Positions 1 through 9,243 of a stretch of 64,000 bases of DNA are shown here, piece after piece (within the stretch, counting starts at the first letter, position 1; each line of letters opens with the position of its first letter). Source of the DNA: Candidatus Kuenenia stuttgartensis (lineage in GTDB: Bacteria > Planctomycetota > Planctomycetia > Pirellulales > UBA1268). A program made the position numbers and the translations under genes. The DNA lies in NCBI GenBank assembly GCA_945897435.1, contig CAMDFJ010000001.1:13072-77071 (forward strand). Reading direction: 5' to 3'. Below the pieces are notes generated by a model. It was given only the letters and a program-made list of their open reading frames with translations. It did not search any database and was not told the DNA's origin.

Positions 1-954
1 GCCGGCGAGGTGCTGCTGCCGTCGTTCACCTTCATCGCCACGGCCCATGCCTGCCTCTGGGAGGGACTCGAGCCGGTGTTCGTGGACGTCGACCGGACGA
101 CCCACACGATCGATCCCACGGCCGTCGAGGCTGGCCTCAGCGACCGCACGGCGGCGATCGTCGGCGTGCACCTCTGGGGCCGGATGTGCCCGGTCCGCGA
201 ACTCGACGCAATCGCCCGCGACCGCGGCATTCCGCTGATCTTCGACGCCGCCCATGCCGTCGGCTGCAGTTACGAGGGCCTGCCGATGGGCCGCCACGGC
301 ACCGCCTCGGTCGTCAGTTTCCACGCGACGAAGTTCGTTCAGAGCCTCGAGGGGGGCGCGATCCTCACCCCCGACCGGGATCTCGCCGACCGGCTCAGGC
401 TGCTTCGAAACTTCGGCTTCCAGGGCTACGACAACGTCGTCGCGCTCGGCACGAACGCGAAGATGAACGAGTTTTGCGCCGCCATGGGGCTCGGCAGCCT
501 GGAAGGGCTCGACGCCCTCGTCAGGACGAACATCGCCAACCGCTCCGCCTGTCGCGAATCCCTGGCCGGCCTGCCCGGCCTGCGGCTCTACGAGTATGAC
601 GAGCAGGAGCGGAACAACTTCCAGTATCTGATCGTCGAGGTCGATCCGCGGGCCTGCCCGCTCTCGCGGGACGAACTGGTGCAGGTGCTGCACGCGGAAA
701 ACGTGATCGCCCGCCGCTACTTCACCCCCGGCTGCCATCGCAGCGGGCCGTATCGCGACATGCCGCGGCGGAAGAGCGAGCGGCTGCCCGTCACCGAACA
801 GCTCTGCGACACGCTCCTCGCGCTGCCCACCGGGGCCGGCGTGACGACTGCCGAGATCGCGGCGATCGGAACGATCATTCGTACCGCGATCGAGTCGGCG
901 GATCTCGTGCGGTCGTTCCTTTCGGCCCGACGGATCACACCGGCTGCCGCCTAG
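1..954 (+). CDS. DegT/DnrJ/EryC1/StrS-family PLP-dependent sugar aminotransferase (5' end cut by window edge)
   Basis: The frame is open from base 1 (track ORF 10..954). Translation AGEVLLPSFTFIATA... and SFHATKF (PLP-lysine context) are typical of this family. It is the first gene of a glycan cluster. Confidence 0.85.
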   Translation, partial: AGEVLLPSFTFIATAHACLWEGLEPVFVDVDRTTHTIDPTAVEAGLSDRTAAIVGVHLWGRMCPVRELDAIARDRGIPLIFDAAHAVGCSYEGLPMGRHGTASVVSFHATKFVQSLEGGAILTPDRDLADRLRLLRNFGFQGYDNVVALGTNAKMNEFCAAMGLGSLEGLDALVRTNIANRSACRESLAGLPGLRLYEYDEQERNNFQYLIVEVDPRACPLSRDELVQVLHAENVIARRYFTPGCHRSGPYRDMPRRKSERLPVTEQLCDTLLALPTGAGVTTAEIAAIGTIIRTAIESADLVRSFLSARRITPAAA

Positions 955-974
955 CCACGGAGAATCCCCCGATC

Positions 975-1631
975 ATGATCATGCCCATCCGCACGACGAA
1001 ATTTCGCAGGTCGCTGGATCGACTCCTCGGCAACGCTGGTTCCGCTCGCCACGAACAGCCGCTGCGGGCGAGTGGCCTGCGTACCCGCCGGCTCCATCTG
1101 GCCTGCGGCATCGCCGGGCTCGGGCATGGCGCGAAGATCCTGCCCGGCTGGACGAACATCGATATCGAGGGAAACGGCACGACCACCTTCGCCTGGAATC
1201 TCACCGAGCCGCTGCCGCTCCCCGACAGGAGCGTCGATTGCGTCTACTCCGAACACTTCATCGAGCACCTCTCGCTGGAGGACGGCCGCCGGCTGCTGGC
1301 CGACTGCCGCCGGGTGCTCGCCCCGGGCGGCGTGGTGCGGGTGAGCACACCCGACCTCATGGCCCTGGTGCGAAAGTATCTCGAGGGGGATGTTCGGGAA
1401 TGGACTGACATGGGCTGGTCGCCGCAGACGCCCTGCGACCTGCTCAACGAGGGAATGCGAAACTGGGGCCACCTCTACGTCTACGACGAGGCGAAGCTCT
1501 CCGCGGAACTGACCTCCACCGGCTTCGCGAGCGTCCGCCGCTGCCGCTGGGGCGACTCGGCCCACGAACCGCTCCGCGGGCTTGAAACCCGCCCCGATCA
1601 CGGGGATCTGATCCTCGAGGCCCAGGCCTGA
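975..1631 (+). CDS. Class I SAM-dependent methyltransferase
   Basis: ATG at 975. LHLACG..G glycine-rich SAM loop, and VYSEHFIEHLSLEDGRRLLADCRRVLAPGGVVRVSTPD typical of Methyltransf_11/23-like enzymes. Confidence 0.75.
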   Translation: MIMPIRTTKFRRSLDRLLGNAGSARHEQPLRASGLRTRRLHLACGIAGLGHGAKILPGWTNIDIEGNGTTTFAWNLTEPLPLPDRSVDCVYSEHFIEHLSLEDGRRLLADCRRVLAPGGVVRVSTPDLMALVRKYLEGDVREWTDMGWSPQTPCDLLNEGMRNWGHLYVYDEAKLSAELTSTGFASVRRCRWGDSAHEPLRGLETRPDHGDLILEAQA

Positions 1632-1647
1632 GCGAGGCCGCTTGCAG
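1618..1647. repeat. 30-bp direct repeat, copy 1 (AGGCCCAGGCCTGAGCGAGGCCGCTTGCAG)
   Basis: Identical to 2564-2593. It spans the last codons and TGA stop (1629-1631) of the methyltransferase gene. Confidence 0.95.
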
Positions 1648-1725
1648 TTCTAGGTGTGTCGCCCGGGTCTGGTCGAGAGCTGCAGCCGGCAGCACCTGCG
1701 GCTCCCCGTAGAGCGGCACCGGCTC

Positions 1726-2103
1726 CTACCACGAAATGCGCTCAATTCCTGAGACCTCGTCAAAGTGGCCGTCGCGGGAGATGACGGGAAGCCGTCGATG
1801 CCGAGCGAGAGCCGCGATCCATGCGTCGTTGATAGGAATTGGCTTACCCGCCTGCTTGAGTTCGAGCCTTACAATCCCGTAGGCCTGAGCCACTTCCCGA
1901 TCGATCACCGCGACCTCGACACTCTGCAGATTGGCCGCGAGCCAGTCGGCATAGCGTTGGTAATATCTCGACTGGCGGATGCCGTAGCCGAACTCGCCGA
2001 GCACGATGACGGGAAGCACGATTTCAGCCGCTGATCGCATCACGGGTTCGATGGATCGATCGCCGTCGGCCCAGGCTGAAAGGGCATTGGTATCGAGGAT
2101 CAC
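1726..2103 (-). CDS. vapC: PIN-domain toxin, type II TA system (VapC)
   Basis: GTG start at 2103. The N-terminus (M)ILDTNAL carries the acidic PIN residues (D4, GEF, NDAWIA, SRDGHFD). It overlaps the upstream antitoxin stop by 4 bp (GTGA). Confidence 0.85.
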   Translation of the reverse strand: MILDTNALSAWADGDRSIEPVMRSAAEIVLPVIVLGEFGYGIRQSRYYQRYADWLAANLQSVEVAVIDREVAQAYGIVRLELKQAGKPIPINDAWIAALARHRRLPVISRDGHFDEVSGIERISW

Positions 2104-2360
2104 TTTTCCGGCTCCGCTTCGATCGACTCGAACTCCTCTTCGATCAGATCACGAATACGTGCTGTCTCCGCTGCCAGGTCGGCGAGGCCACCGAAGCCCT
2201 TCATCCAAGGCGGGTCAGTCGACTGAGCCCGCTTTCCTTCGTGCTCGAGTTGGGCTCGCAGCGTATCGGTCACGAACTGCCGGAGGCTTATGCCGCTGAG
2301 CGACGCCCTGGCCTTGGCGAGGCGGAAAAGTTCGTCGGGAATATCGATGGTCGTTTTCAT
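2100..2360 (-). CDS. vapB: VapB-type antitoxin
   Basis: ATG at 2360. MKTTIDIPDELFRLAKARA... is the usual N-terminus of VapB-family antitoxins. 86 aa with an acidic C-terminus, translationally coupled to vapC. Confidence 0.7.
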   Translation of the reverse strand: MKTTIDIPDELFRLAKARASLSGISLRQFVTDTLRAQLEHEGKRAQSTDPPWMKGFGGLADLAAETARIRDLIEEEFESIEAEPEK

Positions 2361-2371
2361 ACGAGCATCAT

Positions 2372-2408
2372 ACCCGTAAATACGGGTCCCTCAATGCCGT
2401 TATTACGG
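2372..2408. promoter_or_regulatory. Two related palindromes upstream of vapB (candidate VapB operator)
   Basis: ACCCGTAAATACGGGT (2372-2387) and CCGTTATTACGG (2397-2408). Both have the form CCGT-N3/4-TACGG and begin 12 nt upstream of the vapB ATG, in a locally AT-richer stretch. Confidence 0.4.
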
Positions 2409-2563
2409 TTTGGATTGGACTGCAAAGCGATTCACGGCGGTTTCGTCGCACCTTGGCATGGAATGCCGTCAGAGACTATGAGTGTCGATAGTGGGCAATT
2501 CGTCCGCTGACAAGGCTCAGGCAGGCGAGACGCCTATCCCACGACGGTCACCTGAGTTCGGTA

Positions 2564-2593
2564 AGGCCCAGGCCTGAGCGAGGCCGCTTGCAG
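2564..2593. repeat. 30-bp direct repeat, copy 2
   Basis: Perfect copy of 1618-1647. Together the two copies bracket the 916-bp vapBC segment. Confidence 0.95.
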
Positions 2594-2625
2594 GCGGGTG
2601 CAGCCAGACCGCGAAAGACTGCGAC

Positions 2626-3210
2626 ATGAGCTTTTATTCGAGGGACGAACTGGCGGCCATCGGCCTCGCGGCGTTCGGCGAGAACGTTCTCATCTCCCGA
2701 AAAGCCTCGATCTACAACGCCGCCCGGATCTCCATCGGCAGCCATGTAAGGATCGACGACTTCTGCGTGCTCTCCGCCGGAGCGGGCGGATTCGAGTTTG
2801 GGAGTTTCATCCATCTCGCCGTCTTCTCCTGCCTGATCGGTGCCGGCCGGATCAGCGTCGGCGACTACGCGAATTTCTCCTCGCGGGTCTCGATCTATTC
2901 GAGCAACGACGACTACAGCGGGGCTCATCTCACCAATCCGATGGTTCCCGCCGAGCTGACAGGCGTTTCGATCGCCCCGGTCTCGATCGGACGGCATGTG
3001 ATCATCGGCTCGGGATCGATCATCCTGCCGGGGGTGACGATCGCGGAGGGGGCGTCTATCGGCGCACTCTCGCTCGTAAAGCGAGACTGCGAGGGCTTCA
3101 CCATCTATGGCGGCGTGCCGGCGCGGCGGCTCGGCGACCGCAGCCGGGAACTGCTCGGGCTCGAGGCGCGGCATCGGGCCGGTGATCCCCTGAAACAAAA
3201 AGGCGGCTGA
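2626..3210 (+). CDS. Left-handed beta-helix (hexapeptide-repeat) O-acetyltransferase, WcaF/WbbJ-like
   Basis: ATG at 2626. Repeated [LIV]-G-x4 hexapeptide pattern (ISIGSHVRIDDFCVLSAGAGG..., VSIGRHVIIGSGSIILPGVTIAEGASIGALSLV). Confidence 0.8.
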   Translation: MSFYSRDELAAIGLAAFGENVLISRKASIYNAARISIGSHVRIDDFCVLSAGAGGFEFGSFIHLAVFSCLIGAGRISVGDYANFSSRVSIYSSNDDYSGAHLTNPMVPAELTGVSIAPVSIGRHVIIGSGSIILPGVTIAEGASIGALSLVKRDCEGFTIYGGVPARRLGDRSRELLGLEARHRAGDPLKQKGG

Positions 3211-3212
3211 TT

Positions 3213-4271
3213 ATGGCAGCGAAGATTTCCGTCTGCATGGCCTCCTACAACCATGCCCCGTTCATCAGGGCCGCGGTGGAGAGCGTCCTCAACCAGACGT
3301 TCGCCGACTGGGAACTCGTGATCACCGACGATGGATCGAGCGATGGCACGATCGAGGCGATCGATGGCATCCGCGACGACCGAATTCATATCGAGCGGTT
3401 CCCGGAAAACAGGTCGGCCTGCGTGGCGCTCAACCACTGCATCCGCCGGGCCCGCGGCCAGTACATCGCGGTGCTCAATTCAGACGACGCCTGGCGACCG
3501 GATAAACTGGCCCGCCAGCTGGCCGTGATGGAAGAGCAGCCGCAGACGGCGGCGGTGTTCACGCTCGTCGACGTGATCGACGAACGGGGCGGCCCGATGG
3601 AGCAGCAGCACTTCTACAAGACCGTGTTCAACGAGCCGAACCGCGACCGCCTCGCATGGCTCAGAAGGCTCGTCGTCGAGGGAAATTGCCTCTGTCACCC
3701 GAGCGTCCTCGTACGATCCGAGGTCTATCGTGAGACGGGGCTGTATGACGAGTGCATGGCCCAGATGCCCGACCTCGACATGTGGATCCGAATCAGTCTG
3801 AAGCACGACATCTGGATCATCCAGGAACCCCTCACGCTGTTCAGGGTCCTCGACCGGGAACGAAACGCGAGTGGAAACCGGCCGGAGGTGCGGATCCGCT
3901 GCCAGGCCGAACTGATGATGATCTTCTGGAAGTTGCTCGCAACGGATCCCCAGCAGATGGCGGCCATCCTGGATACGCCAGCCGGTACGGATTCGGCTGC
4001 TCCCGACCAGATCTCCGCCGACACCCTCACCAGGCTGCTCGGCAGCCAGGACATCTCGCGGCTGCAGCCGGCGATGCAGGCCGCAGCCATCCTCTGGATG
4101 CATGGTCAACTCGAGGCCGGCGACGACTGGGCCGCATGCAAACGGTTGATCGCCAAGACCGCCGAATGGGATCCATTCAACGTTCGCCGGCTCGAAAGCA
4201 TGCAGGCGAGGATCGAGGCTCGGCCCCAGAGCCGCTGGCAGCGGACCTTGTCGCGGCTCGGCTGGGCCTGA
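3213..4271 (+). CDS. Family 2 glycosyltransferase
   Basis: ISVCMASYNHAPFIRAAVESVLNQTFADWELVITDDGSSDGT plus a downstream NSDD motif, the classic GT-A/GT2 N-terminus. Starts 2 nt after the upstream stop. Confidence 0.85.
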   Translation: MAAKISVCMASYNHAPFIRAAVESVLNQTFADWELVITDDGSSDGTIEAIDGIRDDRIHIERFPENRSACVALNHCIRRARGQYIAVLNSDDAWRPDKLARQLAVMEEQPQTAAVFTLVDVIDERGGPMEQQHFYKTVFNEPNRDRLAWLRRLVVEGNCLCHPSVLVRSEVYRETGLYDECMAQMPDLDMWIRISLKHDIWIIQEPLTLFRVLDRERNASGNRPEVRIRCQAELMMIFWKLLATDPQQMAAILDTPAGTDSAAPDQISADTLTRLLGSQDISRLQPAMQAAAILWMHGQLEAGDDWAACKRLIAKTAEWDPFNVRRLESMQARIEARPQSRWQRTLSRLGWA

Positions 4272-4290
4272 TGCCCGCCCGCGCCGTGGC

Positions 4291-5055
4291 TCAGGCGTGG
4301 TCCCGGGCCGGAGTGGCCGCCAGATCGGTTTCCAGTCGCGCTCCTGCCGCCTCGTAGAGCACCCGGTCCCGGCGGACGAGTTCCTCGATCCGAGGAACCA
4401 GTTCCGAGAGTTCGCGGCCCTCGGGCCGGAGCACGTTTTCCCGGACCTGATGCTGGGCGATGTGGGTGCCGAACCGGCGATCGAAGACCTCGAACGACTC
4501 GGGCGAACGCTCCGTGATCCCGACAAAGTCGAGCCTTCCGAGCCGGGCGATGGCCCTCGAGAGCGTCGCATCGTCGATCTCGCAGTGCTCGTGCGAGTCG
4601 GTGATGCCCCGGCCCCCGAGAACCTTGGTCTGGTGATCGAGAATCTGGGAATCGACGAAATCGGTATCGCGAAGAAGTTCGGCCGGCGGCCTGCCGTAAT
4701 GTCGCTGGAAGTGCGCCAGACAGGAGAGCGAGCGCTGCAGCGGGTCCCTGACGAACGCCGCCGTGCGGTATGGGATCGGCAGCCGGTCGGCGAGTTCGGC
4801 GGCAACGTGGCCGATCAAAACCCGATGCCTGGGGAGATCATGAAAACTCCGGAGGATGTCCTGGCCCGACCGGTACCAGTTGTGCGGGAGTTTTGCCAGA
4901 TCGCGGTCGCTCGGATACATGGCTGGTTGGCCTAGCTCGTCCTGCAGCATCCTGCGGAGCGACGTTCCGGCGGTCTTCATGATGTGAATCACGAGAATCG
5001 GCGGGCCTTCCAGCCGGCCGCCATCCCGCTTCGATCCGCCGAAGGGCCAACCCAT
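4291..5055 (-). CDS. Putative sulfotransferase
   Basis: PILVIHIMKTAGTSLRRML resembles the 5'-PSB (PAPS-binding) loop hIPKTGGTS of Sulfotransfer_2-type enzymes. ATG at 5055 (the track start at 5064 is TTG). Confidence 0.55.
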   Translation of the reverse strand: MGWPFGGSKRDGGRLEGPPILVIHIMKTAGTSLRRMLQDELGQPAMYPSDRDLAKLPHNWYRSGQDILRSFHDLPRHRVLIGHVAAELADRLPIPYRTAAFVRDPLQRSLSCLAHFQRHYGRPPAELLRDTDFVDSQILDHQTKVLGGRGITDSHEHCEIDDATLSRAIARLGRLDFVGITERSPESFEVFDRRFGTHIAQHQVRENVLRPEGRELSELVPRIEELVRRDRVLYEAAGARLETDLAATPARDHA

Positions 5056-5086
5056 GGTTTTCAATCCACCGCCCCTCTGACCGGGA

Positions 5087-5944
5087 TCAGGCGGCGACGG
5101 CTCGTTGCCGCAGCAGCCGGGCCTGGTGATTGCGAATCAGGTCGGTCGGGTAATTGGTGTGCTTCTCGAGCCACTTGTAGATTCGACTGAGTCGGATGCC
5201 GTAGGGGTTCGAACTGAAGAGGTCGATTTTCACGAACGGCACACCGCTTTCGAGCATCTGCTTCCAATGGAGGTGCGTGGGATTGCTCGGTCCGCACCTG
5301 ACCGCCTGGCGATATCTCCACAATCGCTCGAAATTCATCGGCCAACGGACCATGTTGGCCAGCTGCTCGGCGATCGGGACGTCGGGAAACTGTTTGGCGT
5401 CGAACACCGAGGTGACCGGCACACCTGCCTTCACCACCTTCCCCATCCATTGGAGCTCGTAGGCCTCGATGACGTCGACCTTGTTTCGCAGGGGCCGAAC
5501 CTCCTCCCAGAGCTTCGCACCCGGCTCCGAAAGAAGAAACTCCCGGGACATCGTCATGAAGTACGACTGAAGGTGCTGGGCATGCTGGCTGGAAATGGTC
5601 ATCCCCCAGACGCCGGCGTTCCGTACAATCGACGAGGCGAGGACCCGCTCGAACGGCCAGACGGGGCCGTAGATGCTGCTGTTGGCGAAGATCACGTGAT
5701 CGAATGCATCGAGCCCCACCGCCTCGAGCCCTGCCCGCCAACTGAGAAAATCGAAGCCGACGTTGTCGCGCACGATCACGTCGTCGGCAACCGCGTCGAG
5801 ATCCGGGTTGGGAAGCTGATAGTTGGTCGACACGAAGACGATGCGGTCTACAGCGAGCCGATATTCACGCAAGGCGTGGATGACATAGGGATCGACAAAG
5901 CCGTTGACATCCCAATGCGCGTATATCAGACAGCGTCTCGTCAT
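5087..5944 (-). CDS. Rhamnan-synthesis protein F (RgpF)-family glycosyltransferase
   Basis: CLIYAHWDVNGFVDPYV...IVFVSTN...RDNVGFDFLSWRAGL...FANSSIYGP...VWGMT...HLQSYFM follows the RgpF-domain pattern as I recall it. Confidence 0.7.
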   Translation of the reverse strand: MTRRCLIYAHWDVNGFVDPYVIHALREYRLAVDRIVFVSTNYQLPNPDLDAVADDVIVRDNVGFDFLSWRAGLEAVGLDAFDHVIFANSSIYGPVWPFERVLASSIVRNAGVWGMTISSQHAQHLQSYFMTMSREFLLSEPGAKLWEEVRPLRNKVDVIEAYELQWMGKVVKAGVPVTSVFDAKQFPDVPIAEQLANMVRWPMNFERLWRYRQAVRCGPSNPTHLHWKQMLESGVPFVKIDLFSSNPYGIRLSRIYKWLEKHTNYPTDLIRNHQARLLRQRAVAA

Positions 5945-6139
5945 AATCGCGAACAGCTCGAGGTTGCGTGGTTGGCGGCGAAGTTAGGGAAACGCACGAG
6001 CCCATGTCCAGACCACTGGAGGACCGTTCCCGACCCGGCGAAACAGGCCTGAAACTCGGCTGTCGTGCGGGCGATGATTGTCATAGAGTTCCGCCCCCGC
6101 TTCCGCACCCTGTGGATTCCGGAAGGAACCGTCACGACG

Positions 6140-7996
6140 ATGAAGATTGGAACCCGGCTGGGAAATGCGGCAGGCCGTATTCTCTTCGCAGACATCGGCG
6201 TCTCCGCCTATCTGGTTCGTCGCACGCTGCGTCGCTGGCGGGGACGGCCGGCCCGCCCCGATTTCCCCCATCAGTATCGCCACTGGGTGCATCTCTTCGA
6301 CACGCCATCCAGAAGGCGGATGGCAGAGCTGCGGACATCTCTCCGGACGTTCCGGCAACGACCCCGGATCTCGCTGGTGATGCCCGTCCGCAACACGCCG
6401 CATGAGATCCTCGATGCCGCCATCGAGTCGGTCCGTGGCCAGGTCTACCCAGACTGGCAGCTTTGTATCGCCGACGACGCATCCTCCACCCCTGGGGTTC
6501 GGGATCTGCTCGAGCGACACGCCGCCGCGGACAGGCGGATTGCCCTTCGCCTCCGAACGGAATTCGGCAACATCTCGGCCGCGACCAACACCGCCCTGGA
6601 GATGGCCGACGGCGACTTCGTGGCCTGCTTCGGCCAGCACGACTTGCTGCCCGTCGATGCGCTCTACTGGGTGGCGGATGCGATCAACCGCCGGCCCGAT
6701 GCCGCCATTCTCTACACCGATGACGACCGACTCGATCAGGCAGGCAGGCGATACGAGCCATACTTCAAGGGCGACTTCAATCCCGAGCTGCTGCTGTCGC
6801 AAAACATGATCTCCCACCTGGGCGTCTACCGCCGCGACATCGTGGCGGCGATCGGCGGCTTCCGCCCGGAATTCGACGGCGCCCAGGACCACGACTTCGC
6901 CCTGCGGGCGACCGAACTGGTTCACCGCGACCAGATCCTGCACATCCCGCGGATCCTCTATCACCGGCGGGCGAACCCCGCCGGCAGCGTGGCCTCTGAG
7001 GATCCAAAGCCCGAGGCCGCTGCCGCCGGCCGCCGGGCGGTGACCGATCATCTGCGGAGAATCGGCAGCCGGGCGACCGTCGAGGCCGCGCCGGAATCAC
7101 CCGCCCATCACCGGATCCGCCACACACTGCCCGCCACGATTCCGCTTGTCTCGATCGTGATCTGCACGCGGGATCATGAGTCGCTTTTGCGGACGGCGAT
7201 CGGCTCGATTCGGTCAAGGACCAGCTACGGCAACTACGAGATCGTGGTCTGCGACAACGGCAGCGTCGACGATGGCACGAAGGCCTATTTGGCCGAGATC
7301 GCGGCACTGCCCGGGGTGACGGTCTTCCGCGACGACTCTCCCTTCAACTTCTCGCGGCTCAACAACGCCGCCGTGGCCAGATCGCGGGGCGAACTCGTCT
7401 GCCTGCTCAACGACGACATCGAGGTGCTCGCGCCGGAGTGGCTCGAGGAACTCGTCTCGTTTGCGATCCAGCCCGATGTGGGTGCGGTCGGGGCCCGGCT
7501 CTGGTATCCGGACGGCACGCTCCAGCATGGCGGCGTGATCATCGGGGTCGGCGGGGTTGCCGGCCATGCCCATCCGCGGCTCCCCAGGGGACACGCTGGC
7601 TACTTCGGCCGTGCTGCACTGCAGCAGGAGATTTCCGCCGTCACGGGCGCCTGCCTGATGGTCCGCCGGAAGGTGTTCGACGAGGTCGGCGGCCTCGACG
7701 AGCAGATCGCCGTCGCCTTCAACGACATCGATTTCTGCCTCCGCCTGCGGGCCGCCGGCTATCGCAACATCTGGACCCCCTTCGCGGAACTGATTCATCA
7801 CGAATCGGCGTCCCGCGGCTCCGAAGACAACCCTGAGAAGCTCGCCCGGTTTCGTCGCGAGATCCGCTTCATGAAGGATCGTTGGGGTGCGACGCTCGAC
7901 GGCGATCCTCACTACAACGTGAATCTCGCCATGCAGACGGGTGACTTCTCGCTCGCCGATCCCTCTTCGCGGATCGGGAAGCAGGCCGCAGCCTGA
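6140..7996 (+). CDS. Two-domain family 2 glycosyltransferase
   Basis: Two GT2 N-terminal signatures: ISLVMPVRNTPHEILDAAIESVRGQVYPDWQLCIADDASS and VSIVICTRDHESLLRTAIGSIRSRTSYGNYEIVVCDNGS. The start is uncertain: ATG 6140 is preferred, and GTG 6065 / ATG 6074 are also in frame. Confidence 0.8.
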   Translation: MKIGTRLGNAAGRILFADIGVSAYLVRRTLRRWRGRPARPDFPHQYRHWVHLFDTPSRRRMAELRTSLRTFRQRPRISLVMPVRNTPHEILDAAIESVRGQVYPDWQLCIADDASSTPGVRDLLERHAAADRRIALRLRTEFGNISAATNTALEMADGDFVACFGQHDLLPVDALYWVADAINRRPDAAILYTDDDRLDQAGRRYEPYFKGDFNPELLLSQNMISHLGVYRRDIVAAIGGFRPEFDGAQDHDFALRATELVHRDQILHIPRILYHRRANPAGSVASEDPKPEAAAAGRRAVTDHLRRIGSRATVEAAPESPAHHRIRHTLPATIPLVSIVICTRDHESLLRTAIGSIRSRTSYGNYEIVVCDNGSVDDGTKAYLAEIAALPGVTVFRDDSPFNFSRLNNAAVARSRGELVCLLNDDIEVLAPEWLEELVSFAIQPDVGAVGARLWYPDGTLQHGGVIIGVGGVAGHAHPRLPRGHAGYFGRAALQQEISAVTGACLMVRRKVFDEVGGLDEQIAVAFNDIDFCLRLRAAGYRNIWTPFAELIHHESASRGSEDNPEKLARFRREIRFMKDRWGATLDGDPHYNVNLAMQTGDFSLADPSSRIGKQAAA

Positions 7997-8180
7997 CGCT
8001 CCCCTGCGGTGGCTGGCCGACAGCCACACCATCCCGCAGTCTGCCCAGCCTGCCCCGGCATGGCGGCACTGGCCGCGGGCGTCGCCAACGGGCCGAAAAT
8101 CTGGCGAAACAGGGGCTGGTTTGCCGATGGCAGCGGTCATGCAAGCCGCTACCATCCGCCGCCCCCACCCCTGGTCTGCC

Positions 8181-9149
8181 ATGCCCGACTTCTGCAGCGC
8201 GGATTTTCCCGAGGACGCATTCCCGCCGGCGTCGGCCGCGCGGACGTCCTACCGCCGCCACTGCGACCGCGGCCGGGCCGCGATGTGCCAGATGCGGGTC
8301 GTGATCACGGGCCTCGCCCGCAACCTCGGCCAGATTCTTCCGGCGACGATCGGCCGGATCGAGCGGCTCGGCAGCCTGTTCGCCGACCATCGGGTGATCA
8401 TCTACGAGAACGATTCAACCGACTCCACCAAACTCCTGCTCCGCCACTGGGCCGGTGTCAATCGGCGGGTGACGGTCGAGATGGAGGACTGCCATGATCC
8501 CGAGAACCCGCCGACCCGCTGCCTCGCCCGGGCCGAGCGGATGGCCCGCTATCGCCAGCGCTGCCAGGAACTCGTGCTCGAACGCTTCGGCGATTTCGAC
8601 GCCGTGATCATCGCCGATCTCGATGTCAGCGGGGGCTGGAGCCTGGACGGCGTTGCCAATTCGTTCGGCCACAGCGATTGGGACTTCATCGGCTCCAACG
8701 GCCTGATCTACCGCCGCGAGGGATTCCGCATCAACGCCTCGCGGCAGTACGACATGTGGGCCCTGCGGTTCGACGATCGGCTCTCGCCGATCCCCACGGC
8801 CCGGGCACGCGACTATGTCTACTCCCGCGGCGAGCCGCTGGTGCCGGTGACCTCCTGCTTCGGCGGGATGGGCATCTATCGGATGGAGGCCTATCGCCAG
8901 GGCCGCTACGGCGCCGCCGACACCGAGCATGCCATCTTCCATCGGGAGATGATCCGCCAGGGCCATGGACGGCTGTTTCTGAATCCCAGTCAGATCCTCG
9001 TCTACGGCCGTCGCCGCCGCTTCGCTGACGGGCTCGTCGAGAGGACCCTGCAGGCCTGGAATGCTCTCCGCGGCAGGCCGGCAGAACCCTGGCTCTTCGG
9101 CCGCGAACCAGCCGTCCCGGGCCCGACCAGGCGAGCGGCAGCGGCCTGA
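8181..9149 (+). CDS. Hypothetical; possible GT-A-like glycosyltransferase (CAP59-mannosyltransferase-like pattern)
   Basis: [47 protein letters not shown] resembles the IYESGS.D.T segment of that family (from memory, weak). In-frame ATGs at 8127, 8181 and 8283 make the start uncertain. Confidence 0.4.
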   Translation: MPDFCSADFPEDAFPPASAARTSYRRHCDRGRAAMCQMRVVITGLARNLGQILPATIGRIERLGSLFADHRVIIYENDSTDSTKLLLRHWAGVNRRVTVEMEDCHDPENPPTRCLARAERMARYRQRCQELVLERFGDFDAVIIADLDVSGGWSLDGVANSFGHSDWDFIGSNGLIYRREGFRINASRQYDMWALRFDDRLSPIPTARARDYVYSRGEPLVPVTSCFGGMGIYRMEAYRQGRYGAADTEHAIFHREMIRQGHGRLFLNPSQILVYGRRRRFADGLVERTLQAWNALRGRPAEPWLFGREPAVPGPTRRAAAA

Positions 9150-9243
9150 AGCGAAGGGCGGTTGGACTCCCGACCCCGGCCTGCCATATTGTGCGTCCGC
9201 GACGGCGATCAGGTCGCGAGCCGACGGCCACGAAGGGCACACG

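Noticed and set aside
1648-2563. Integron gene cassette (attC) interpretation of the vapBC insert
   Set aside because: The flanking repeats are direct and not the imperfect inverted R''-L''/L'-R' structure of attC. No intI and no neighbouring cassettes are visible.
9061-9243. N-terminal extensions suggested by the ORF track (sucC from 9061, lutA from 10236, bioF to 22821, nrdJ from 36657, dnaN to 49508)
   Set aside because: The track begins ORFs at the most upstream ATG/GTG/TTG. Conserved N-termini ([25 protein letters not shown]...), RBS positions and overlaps with neighbouring genes support the shorter models.
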